DNA of 13,352 bases from a virus. Its lineage: Duplodnaviria > Heunggongvirae > Uroviricota > Caudoviricetes. Positions 6,458 through 12,941 of the stretch are shown one piece after another. The notes under the pieces were generated by a model. The model was not told the origin of the DNA, did not search any database, and saw nothing but the letters and a program-made list of their open reading frames with translations. Both the position numbers and the translations under genes were made by a program. The first letter of the stretch is position 1. Each line of letters begins with the position of its first letter. The DNA lies in IMG/VR virus record IMGVR_UViG_2667527789_000010. One strand, 5' to 3'.

Positions 6458-8245
6458 ATGGACGATATTAATATCAGCCTCGACGAACTTAACACTATTG
6501 ATTTATCCCCCTTAATCCAGAGTAAGCTGCCAGTTACCTGCTTTGATATCACAAAGTATCTTTCTAGCCTAGGTGATGGAAGAGCGGAGATAAGACTGCT
6601 AACCCATATTTGCGGTTTTCACTTTCGTCCCGAAAATCCACAGGTACCATTTGGTCCGTGCTTTCAAAGCAGCCAAGGTAGATCTGCAATTCCGGATGAC
6701 ATTAACGGGTTGTCGCTGGAGGTACTTTCTCAATTTTGCCCGACGATAGAGCTACCCGAACTTCAAGCTCGTATTGCTGATACACTTTGGGTTCGTAAAA
6801 TTGGTGGAATCCGTTTTCCTTTGCTGGCAGTCCGTGCTTATTATGCGTCCAGTATAGCTATTATGACATCGCAAGGGACGTGGGTTAGTGCTTTAGAACG
6901 CCTAGAGCGTGCGCTTAGGCTGTGTTGTTTTTTTCGAAAGCATACTGATTTCAGGGATGAATTTGATCAGCTTTCGGCACATCTACTAGCAGAGTATGAA
7001 CGTACCAGAGAACAAGGCGATTCACCTTATCCGCTGCGACTCCTGCAACTCGATATCGACTGTAAAGTGAGTGAGCCATCTTTTATTGCCCAGGAACTCC
7101 TGTTTCTGACAAAAAACTATCTGGCTCAAAAATTATTTTCATTTGCCGTCGATGCCTGTAAAACCGCAATCCCGATTGCGAATAGGTGCTGTGACAGAGA
7201 TACACAGTTTGAATTCTGGCGGCTTCTTGCCGATACACATCTGGAAGAGTCAAAATTCCAAGATGGCGGTATGATTTCGGCAGCCTGCATGCAGAATGCT
7301 ATTGAAGCACTGGCTAATATTCCAGGAACCCGAATAGAACGTCTTGCGCTGTATGAAGAAATGCGTGATTACCAAATCGAATCCCGTCACCAGATGTCTA
7401 TCCTTCAGTCTCCCCCTCAAGATATTAGTGAGATTGTCCATCAAGCCAAGAGTCGGGTAGTCGGAAGAGATTTGTTTGATATGGTTTTCAGACTTGCGAT
7501 GCTGGTCTGTCGGCCAACCAGCATTGAGAGACTTAAGGCTCAAGCAATAGAACAAAAGGCCAACAGCATAGCTTGGATGTTTGGATCAACACATATTGAT
7601 CATGAGGGAATGACACTTGCTCGCATACCCGCAGGATTGGGGATTGATGATGCAAATGGGGCAGTTATTTGGCCCATAATGATGACGAGAATGCGTATCG
7701 ACCATGAGTTGGCAGTAGCTGGGCAAATTATTCCTGCTACAGATGAGATCACAATGAAATATCCAATCTCGGAGGCGTTTTTTCGCGATATGTTCATCAA
7801 TCATCCCTTCATCCCGTTTGGGCATGAAGAGTTTTTCATCAAGGGTATGGTTTGCGGTTTCAATGGAGATTTTATGACGGCATGCCACGTGTTGATTCCC
7901 CAGCTCGAAAATAGTCTGAGATATGTGGCTAAAATTAAAGGTGAGGAACCATCGCAGCTTCACGGGGACGGTTCGCAAGAGCGAAATGGACTCAAGGGAT
8001 TACTAGATAATCCACTGATTATTGAAGCTTTCGGCGTAGACATAATTGGCAATCTTCAGGCCTTACTGGTAGATAAAATCTATGGTGATTTACGAAATCA
8101 ACTAGCTCACGGATATGTGCCTGCCGGTTACTACAATCAACCTCCCTGCATTTTTGCATGGTGGCTTGTATTGCACATTCTAATGAACCCTACGGCGAGA
8201 TACTGGCAAGCCACTTATGGCCAAGAGAGTGAGGCTCAGACTTAA
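6458..8245 (+). CDS. Large hypothetical protein (595 aa) with C-terminal HEPN-type R-x4-H motif; candidate defence/abortive-infection nuclease
   Basis: Unambiguous 1788-nt ORF with SD AAGGTG 5 nt upstream of the ATG. It is the only long plus-strand gene in an otherwise minus-strand block. Lower GC by eye (about 40-47%) and E. coli-rare codons (AGA, AGG, ATA, CTA). C-terminus contains GDLRNQLAHG; a second R-x5-H occurs at RDMFINH. No Walker A motif seen. Confidence 0.8.
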   Translation: MDDINISLDELNTIDLSPLIQSKLPVTCFDITKYLSSLGDGRAEIRLLTHICGFHFRPENPQVPFGPCFQSSQGRSAIPDDINGLSLEVLSQFCPTIELPELQARIADTLWVRKIGGIRFPLLAVRAYYASSIAIMTSQGTWVSALERLERALRLCCFFRKHTDFRDEFDQLSAHLLAEYERTREQGDSPYPLRLLQLDIDCKVSEPSFIAQELLFLTKNYLAQKLFSFAVDACKTAIPIANRCCDRDTQFEFWRLLADTHLEESKFQDGGMISAACMQNAIEALANIPGTRIERLALYEEMRDYQIESRHQMSILQSPPQDISEIVHQAKSRVVGRDLFDMVFRLAMLVCRPTSIERLKAQAIEQKANSIAWMFGSTHIDHEGMTLARIPAGLGIDDANGAVIWPIMMTRMRIDHELAVAGQIIPATDEITMKYPISEAFFRDMFINHPFIPFGHEEFFIKGMVCGFNGDFMTACHVLIPQLENSLRYVAKIKGEEPSQLHGDGSQERNGLKGLLDNPLIIEAFGVDIIGNLQALLVDKIYGDLRNQLAHGYVPAGYYNQPPCIFAWWLVLHILMNPTARYWQATYGQESEAQT

Positions 8246-8463
8246 AGTGAATAAGTTTACGAAGTTGGCACTTCCGGATGCATGTCCATATGAGTTGAGG
8301 CGATTTGGTTAATAAGGTTGAGTGCTGCTGAAATTATTCGATGTCCGCTTTTGGCACAAAGCGGACAACCACGCCAGATCTACCCTGTGCCATGAAAAAT
8401 GAGAATGTCAATTCACTCCTGAACTAATGCTTTTTAATCTAGTAACGTCTAAAATACCTAACA

Positions 8464-8865
8464 TTATCCCTGATAAAATGCCAGTATGCGCTGCATAACT
8501 TCACTCATCCGGCACTCGCGACAGATTATGTTTAGGCGACTGTCGTAGCGACGTATTTCTCCATCAGGTAACGACCAGATAACGTCCGGATCAACCACAG
8601 CTGTTTTCTTCACCTTTGCCCTCGAGAGTTTTTTGCGGGCGTTTTGCCAGTCCTTACGCGCCTGTTCAGACGGGAATAACCCGTAGCCGGAGTTGTATAC
8701 ATCGCCACTGGCTACCAGCTCTCTGGCAAGAACGCTCATCAGATATCTAGTCGCACCTGTTTTAGCTTCCAGTTGCCGTAACGTCTCACGACCGCTCTGG
8801 CGCACGAGTTCCACCACCTGCCCTTTAATTTTTTCCCGCTCTTCTTGTGTAAAAACTTTTGCCAC
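8464..8865 (-). CDS. Hypothetical prophage early-region protein (133 aa)
   Basis: GTG start at 8863-8865 preceded by a strong SD AAGGGGGA. Basic protein immediately downstream of the O-like replication gene. No recognisable motif. Confidence 0.5.
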   Translation of the reverse strand: MAKVFTQEEREKIKGQVVELVRQSGRETLRQLEAKTGATRYLMSVLARELVASGDVYNSGYGLFPSEQARKDWQNARKKLSRAKVKKTAVVDPDVIWSLPDGEIRRYDSRLNIICRECRMSEVMQRILAFYQG

Positions 8866-8905
8866 AAGTCCCCCTTAAAATTACCTCATGACCTGAAATC
8901 AAAAC

Positions 8906-9883
8906 TTATCCTCTGAAACCAGGCGGAATTTCTGTATCCGGTTCAGAAATATGATTAACACAACGCTGTACAGGTGAACGCCCCAGGCGGATGACCAGTT
9001 CGTCCCATTTTTCGCGGAGCTTTGACGGGCTCATGATGTTTTTTACCCAGAATGGATCCCGCTGTACCCGACCAAACATTTCACAAATTTGTCTGTGGCT
9101 TCTGCCATCCAGCATCCGCATTGTGCGCACATCATTGGCCCAGACAGTCCAGTTAGGCTCTTTTGGTCGCATGATCTCGCCATCATCACTGGCGGCCTGT
9201 TCGTAGAGACCCACGATCCGCCCCCATATCCACTGCGCACACGCCAGATCCTCCTGGCTACCCCACTGGCGTTTTTTCGCACTAAACACAACTGCGCCAG
9301 GGTGCCGGATTAAAAAATCCTGTTCAGCCGTCTGCGGGTCCGGTTGCGAAGCTTCCGGACGAAAAGTGTTTTTATTCTCTGTAGTAATCTCTGTTGTATT
9401 CTCTGTTGTATTCTCTGTAGGATCATCGGGCCATTTTGACCCGATGACATTGGGTCGTTTTGAACCAATGGAGCGTTTCATTTTGACCTCTTCCATCGTG
9501 TCATTTTGACCTGATGGAGCGGCGCATTTTGAACCGATGGATTCGCTCAATTTGCCATCATCTAAAAGCTCGCTCCCATAGTTAATCGTGTAGAAATTGG
9601 TCATATCGCGCTTTGATTTATTGAGCTTTTCACAACGCAAAAGCCCCAGCGTTTTCAGACTTGCAAACGCGCGCTTTAACGTTGACTCTGACCAGAATGG
9701 GAACTGTTCCAACCATTGTTCCGTTGTGTTGTAAATCCAGCGAACACCATCACATTCCATGCCGGAATTGGTATCTCTCAACCAGTAATGCAACTGCTGC
9801 AACACAATGGCTTCATTTAAGCCAATCTTCATCGCAAGCTGTGTGTTTATAACCAGTGGGCGTTCAGCAAAAAGAAGGCTCAT
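8906..9883 (-). CDS. Replication initiator, lambda O-like (replisome-organizer type) with internal origin iterons
   Basis: ATG at 9881-9883; the track's TTG at 9937 gives a longer version. N-terminal region (ERPLVINTQLAMKIGLNEAIVLQQLHYWLR...) resembles the DNA-binding domain of phage replication initiators. Central TENTTENTTEITTEN low-complexity linker is encoded by 12-bp tandem repeats, adjacent to 5 iterons. Sits downstream of the cro-like gene as O does in lambda. Confidence 0.65.
   Translation of the reverse strand: MSLLFAERPLVINTQLAMKIGLNEAIVLQQLHYWLRDTNSGMECDGVRWIYNTTEQWLEQFPFWSESTLKRAFASLKTLGLLRCEKLNKSKRDMTNFYTINYGSELLDDGKLSESIGSKCAAPSGQNDTMEEVKMKRSIGSKRPNVIGSKWPDDPTENTTENTTEITTENKNTFRPEASQPDPQTAEQDFLIRHPGAVVFSAKKRQWGSQEDLACAQWIWGRIVGLYEQAASDDGEIMRPKEPNWTVWANDVRTMRMLDGRSHRQICEMFGRVQRDPFWVKNIMSPSKLREKWDELVIRLGRSPVQRCVNHISEPDTEIPPGFRG
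9375..9422. repeat. Four tandem 12-bp repeats (TTCTCTGT[A/T]G[T/G]A) inside the O-like gene
   Basis: ttctctgtagta / atctctgttgta / ttctctgttgta / ttctctgtagga, read directly from the sequence. They encode the TTEN-repeat linker. Confidence 0.8.
9432..9540. repeat. Putative origin of replication: five iterons with about 23-bp periodicity (consensus CATTTTGACC-n-GATGG)
   Basis: Copies start at about 9432, 9456, 9479, 9502 and 9525 (cattttgacccgatg, gttttgaaccaatgg, cattttgacctcttcc, cattttgacctgatgg, cattttgaaccgatgg), inside the O-like gene as in lambda ori, and flanked by AT-richer sequence. Confidence 0.6.
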
Positions 9884-10385
9884 AATTCCATCCAGCTTTT
9901 TGTTGGTATTGCTGTCGATACGCAAGTTTGAAAGCAATTGCTTTTTCTATAAGTTCGTCAGTTTCACGATCCACTACGGCAGGATCAGCAAAAAGCAGTC
10001 CGGACTCCACCACATCGCCATATTCTTTGTTTAACCCGGCGATCATGTACGTGATGCTTTTTCCGTCACTAATTTCACGATACAACCTGAAATCATTAAT
10101 CCGGATAGCCTCCATAATTGCAGGCACTAGCGCCGTGAACTTTTCACGCTTATCCCTGGTGTCGATAGCCTTCCAGCGTTCGAATATCTTCACTCGATTA
10201 ACGCCAAGCGCTCGCTGATCAACCGCGCCACCTTCATCTGTGACACGCTGAACATCGATGTTCGGGCGCTCTTTCAAAGCCCAGAATGCTTCAGTGATTA
10301 ATATCGTCGCCTGCTCCTGTGTCATTCCTGGTCGACATATCCAGGCATCCAGAGCCTCACGAGCCTGTTCAGGAGTGATTTTCAT
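9864..10385 (-). CDS. Hypothetical early protein (173 aa) in the cII/YdaT position between cro-like and O-like genes
   Basis: ATG at 10383-10385 overlaps the dicC-like stop by 17 nt, and its own stop overlaps the O-like start by about 20 nt, indicating tight translational coupling. Function not recognised. Confidence 0.5.
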   Translation of the reverse strand: MKITPEQAREALDAWICRPGMTQEQATILITEAFWALKERPNIDVQRVTDEGGAVDQRALGVNRVKIFERWKAIDTRDKREKFTALVPAIMEAIRINDFRLYREISDGKSITYMIAGLNKEYGDVVESGLLFADPAVVDRETDELIEKAIAFKLAYRQQYQQKAGWNYEPSFC

Positions 10386-10596
10386 TGTTCAACCGCCCCG
10401 CCCGCTTCGTCTTACGATATTCGTCATAAACCTTGGGATCATACAGAAGCTCCCCGCCAGATGCCTCCTGTAGACGCATCGCGCGACCTTCAGGAACCAG
10501 TATCCCCCAAGCAGCAACACTTGCCAGTCTCACTCCTGCGGCATTGGCAAGCTTTGTTTTGCTGCCAAAAAAAGTAATTGCGTCAACTTTAAGCAT
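10369..10596 (-). CDS. dicC: Cro-analogue repressor DicC-like
   Basis: MLKVDAITFFGSKTKLANAAGVRLASVAAWGILVPEGRAMRLQEASGGELLYDPKVYDEYRKTKRAGRLNNENHS. ATG at 10594-10596 with SD GAGGGGG; the TTG at 10599 is an alternative start. Divergent from dicA across an operator-bearing intergenic region. Confidence 0.75.
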   Translation of the reverse strand: MLKVDAITFFGSKTKLANAAGVRLASVAAWGILVPEGRAMRLQEASGGELLYDPKVYDEYRKTKRAGRLNNENHS

Positions 10597-10609
10597 CAAA
10601 GCCCCCTCT

Positions 10610-10627
10610 TGTTAGACTTTTCTAACA
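10610..10627. promoter_or_regulatory. 18-bp palindromic operator in the dicC-dicA intergenic region (TGTTAGA-CTTT-TCTAACA)
   Basis: Perfect 7-bp inverted arms with a 4-bp spacer between the divergent repressor genes. Nearly identical to the second site at 11121-11138. Confidence 0.6.
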
Positions 10628-10676
10628 TTATTGTGCGCGGGATATCTAAGTCAAGAAAAATTAGAATTACCTAACT

Positions 10677-11084
10677 ATGGATACAAGAACCCTAGGCCAG
10701 CGAGTTCTGGCGCGACGAAAAGAATTACGCTTAACACAACGAGAAGCTGCGCGCCTCGCTGGAGTTGCTCACGTCACAATTTCACAATGGGAAAGAGACG
10801 AAACCCAGCCAGTCGGAAAACGATTGTTTGCTTTAGCGGATGCTCTGAAGTGCTCACCTACATGGCTAATGTTTGGTGACGAAGACAAGGCACCAGTGCC
10901 TGCACAAGAACTTCATGTGGAAACAGAGCTAACTCCCAACCACAAAGAATTGATCGAATTATTCGATGCTCTTCCATCTTCCGAGCAGGAAGCCTTGCTG
11001 TCTGAAATGCGCGCAAGAGTAGAAAACTTCAACAAACTCTTCGAAGAAATGCTTAAAGCGCGTAAAAATAAATCAATAAAATAA
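10677..11084 (+). CDS. dicA: CI-analogue HTH (XRE-family) repressor DicA-like, 135 aa
   Basis: HTH region LRLTQREAARLAGVAHVTISQWERDETQP. The downstream LFALADALKCSPTWLMFGDEDK and C-terminal EMRARVENFNKLFEEMLKARKN closely resemble K-12 DicA as recalled. Very short leader (candidate -10 TAGAAT at 10662-10667). Confidence 0.85.
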   Translation: MDTRTLGQRVLARRKELRLTQREAARLAGVAHVTISQWERDETQPVGKRLFALADALKCSPTWLMFGDEDKAPVPAQELHVETELTPNHKELIELFDALPSSEQEALLSEMRARVENFNKLFEEMLKARKNKSIK

Positions 11085-11120
11085 CATTCTTTTCAAGTGA
11101 TTAGTTGCGCCCACTCTTTT

Positions 11121-11138
11121 TGTTAGACTAATCTAACA
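11121..11138. promoter_or_regulatory. Second 18-bp palindromic operator (TGTTAGA-CTAA-TCTAACA) upstream of the dicB-operon promoter
   Basis: Same 7-bp arms as the site at 10610-10627. Located just upstream of a candidate promoter (-35 TTGCCT 11147-11152, -10 TAAATT 11170-11175) whose spacer contains a degenerate third half-palindrome TGTTAG...TCTAA. Confidence 0.6.
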
Positions 11139-11146
11139 AAAAACAC

Positions 11147-11175
11147 TTGCCTCTCATGTTAGGTTATTCTAAATT
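11147..11175 (+). promoter_or_regulatory. Candidate promoter of the ydfA-dicF-dicB operon (dicBp-like)
   Basis: TTGCCT, 17-nt spacer, TAAATT, flanked and overlapped by DicA-type operator palindromes. Confidence 0.4.
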
Positions 11176-11252
11176 ACTTTCCATCAAGACACCGCACGGT
11201 GTTCTCAGCAAACAGTTCCGCTACCCCGGCGTTAAGGGGAAATGAGGTCAGC

Positions 11253-11408
11253 ATGGATACTATCGATCTTGGCAACAGCGAATCTCTGGTATGTGGCGTG
11301 TTCCCCAACCAGGACGGCACGTTCACCGCGATGACGTATACCAAAAGCAAAACGTTTAAAACCGAAAATGGTGCCCGTCGCTGGCTGGAAAGAAACTCAG
11401 GTGAGTGA
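11253..11408 (+). CDS. ydfA: YdfA-like small protein (51 aa)
   Basis: ATG at 11253 with SD GAGGT. Product MDTIDLGNSESLVCGVFPNQDGTFTAMTYTKSKTFKTENGARRWLERNSGE. First gene after the dicB-type promoter. Confidence 0.75.
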   Translation: MDTIDLGNSESLVCGVFPNQDGTFTAMTYTKSKTFKTENGARRWLERNSGE

Positions 11409-11409
11409 T

Positions 11410-11985
11410 ATGGATTTCGACACAATCATGGAAAAGGCTTACGAAGAATACTTCGAAGGCCTTGCCGAAGGCGAAGAAGCTCTCAGCTTCAGTGAGTTTA
11501 AACAGGCACTCAGAATAAGAATGTGCTCTCACAATGACGCGGAGCACAAATATGAGAAGCAAAATCAGACCGCAGAAAATTTTGTTCTGGAACCCGGAGA
11601 AACGCTTTTCAAAATTCCCGTTACGTGCCCCATTTGCGGTTTTACATCAGAAGAACTTGACGACTCCTGTAACAATCAGGAAACAACCAAGTATGTCGAA
11701 GATGATACCGAGTGCGCACGAAGAACGATTATATCCACGAGTCCAAACTCCAGGGCCAATAAATCTCACTTTGAGAGGGTGATTAATCCACTCCCCCAAA
11801 CCAATAAAAAAGATGCCGGAGGACAAAAAACCCAATGGAACAACGGGATATCTGTCAAAAAAAGACGTTCCATTAAAGACAAACAACGCAGCGCCAACAA
11901 CTGTAAGCGCTTTATACCAGTAATCAATTTTCATGTTCTTAAGCGGATTTATTGGTGGTTGCGACATTGCTTAATGAATCCTTAA
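11410..11985 (+). CDS. YdfB-like N-terminus continuing as a 192-aa ORF (possible ydfB/ydfC fusion or over-extension); 3' half uncertain
   Basis: ATG at 11410 with SD AGGTGA, 1 nt after the ydfA stop. N-terminus MDFDTIMEKAYEEYFEGLAEGEEALSFSEFKQAL is acidic and protein-like, followed by a CPICG...C...C zinc-ribbon-like segment. The K/N/R-rich tail (from about 11700) overlaps a 106-aa minus-strand ORF that looks like a membrane protein. Confidence 0.35.
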   Translation: MDFDTIMEKAYEEYFEGLAEGEEALSFSEFKQALRIRMCSHNDAEHKYEKQNQTAENFVLEPGETLFKIPVTCPICGFTSEELDDSCNNQETTKYVEDDTECARRTIISTSPNSRANKSHFERVINPLPQTNKKDAGGQKTQWNNGISVKKRRSIKDKQRSANNCKRFIPVINFHVLKRIYWWLRHCLMNP

Positions 11986-12244
11986 AACTGTGGTGATTTT
12001 AAGGATACCACCTCGCCTGACGTGGTTAAAAGCAGGCACACAACACGAAAGCGCACGGCGAAGTTCGTCTCACTGTACGGTGTCGTTAAATTTAATTCGA
12101 CCGTGCGCTTCCGGTTGTGGCAACCCGCAAAATGGCGCGGCGGTAAGTATGGCGGGGTTATTCCTTCCCCGTTGAGGACACCGGGTTGTCAGGTTGACCA
12201 TACGCTTAAGTGACAACCCCGCTGCAACGCCCTCTGTTATCAAT

Positions 12245-12300
12245 TTTCTGGTGACGTTTGGCGGTATCAGTTTTACTCCGTGACTGCTCTGCCGCCGTTT
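12245..12300 (+). ncRNA. dicF: DicF small RNA (division-inhibiting sRNA targeting ftsZ) with intrinsic terminator
   Basis: tttctggtgacgtttggcggtatcagttttactccgtgactgctctgccgcc followed by gtttt matches my recollection of the 53-nt DicF sequence. The 3' GGCGG...CCGCC stem plus U-tract forms a terminator. Located between the ydfB/C region and dicB as in the K-12 operon. Confidence 0.75.
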
Positions 12301-12471
12301 TTAAAGTGAATTTTGTTATGCGGTGAATGCGGCTAAGCGCACGCGGAACAGTTAAAACCAAAAACAGTGTTATGGGTGGATTCTCTGTATCCGACGTTAA
12401 TTGTTAACTGGTTAACGTCACCTGGAGGCACCAGGCTCTGCATCACAAAATTTATTGTTGAGGACGCGATA

Positions 12472-12660
12472 ATGAAAACGTTATTACCAAACGTTAATAC
12501 GTCTGAAGGTTGTTTTGAAATTGGTGTCACTATCAGTAACCCTGTATTTACTGAAGATGCCATTAACAAGAGAAAACAAGAACGGGAGCTATTAAATAAA
12601 ATATGCATTGTTTCAATGCTGGCTCGTTTACGTCTGATGCCAAAAGGATGTGCACAATGA
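12472..12660 (+). CDS. dicB: Cell-division inhibitor DicB (62 aa)
   Basis: ATG at 12472 with SD GAGGA. Product MKTLLPNVNTSEGCFEIGVTISNPVFTEDAINKRKQERELLNKICIVSMLARLRLMPKGCAQ matches DicB as recalled. Confidence 0.85.
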   Translation: MKTLLPNVNTSEGCFEIGVTISNPVFTEDAINKRKQERELLNKICIVSMLARLRLMPKGCAQ

Positions 12661-12848
12661 ATTCAGCATTTGCGCTTGTTCTGACAGTTTTTCTTGTTTC
12701 CGGAGTGCCAGTTGATATTGCAGTCAGTGTTCACAGGACAATGCAGGAGTGTATGACTGCAGCAACCGAACAGAAAATTCCCGGTAACTGTTACCCGGTC
12801 GATAAAGTTATTAACCAGGATAATATCGAAATCTCGGCAGGTCTTTAA
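12657..12848 (+). CDS. ydfD: YdfD-like small membrane (lysis-associated) protein, 63 aa
   Basis: ATG overlaps the dicB stop (ATGA at 12657-12660). N-terminal TM segment FALVLTVFLVSGVPV. Position after dicB as in Qin. Confidence 0.75.
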   Translation: MNSAFALVLTVFLVSGVPVDIAVSVHRTMQECMTAATEQKIPGNCYPVDKVINQDNIEISAGL

Positions 12849-12941
12849 AACAGTTCCGTAATAAATATCCGGTTTCATTCTTATATGCCAGCAATGGCAG
12901 GGATTTGTTCATCCTTAAATCTGTCATGAGGTTAAAACAAA

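Noticed and set aside
7250-7978. Three minus-strand ORFs inside the 595-aa gene
   Set aside because: Antisense to a long, uninterrupted, SD-preceded CDS; likely chance ORFs.
8343-8366. Hairpin GTCCGCTTT-TGGCAC-AAAGCGGAC between the convergent 595-aa and 133-aa genes as a terminator
   Set aside because: Good stem but no U-tract on either strand, so not called as an intrinsic terminator; it may still act as an RNA 3'-end stabiliser.
9375-9540. Possibility that the tandem repeats are a CRISPR array
   Set aside because: Repeat units are 12 bp and about 23 bp with no unique spacers of CRISPR size, lie inside a coding region, and match the iteron/linker architecture of phage replication origins.
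8693-10615. Multiple short ORFs on both strands overlapping the 133-aa, O-like, 173-aa and dicC genes
   Set aside because: All overlap better-supported, translationally coupled genes; none has an independent SD or recognisable motif.
11990-12213. ORFs 11990-12175 and 12022-12213 as a possible ydfC
   Set aside because: They sit where I recall ydfC relative to dicF, but the products are not convincingly protein-like, SDs are poorly placed, and I cannot recall the YdfC sequence. Left unannotated rather than guessed.
12333-12878. Minus-strand ORFs 12333-12608 and 12663-12878 and the N-terminal extensions of dicB and ydfD in the track
   Set aside because: Antisense to dicB and ydfD, or upstream extensions lacking an SD; the SD-preceded internal ATGs give the 62-aa and 63-aa products.
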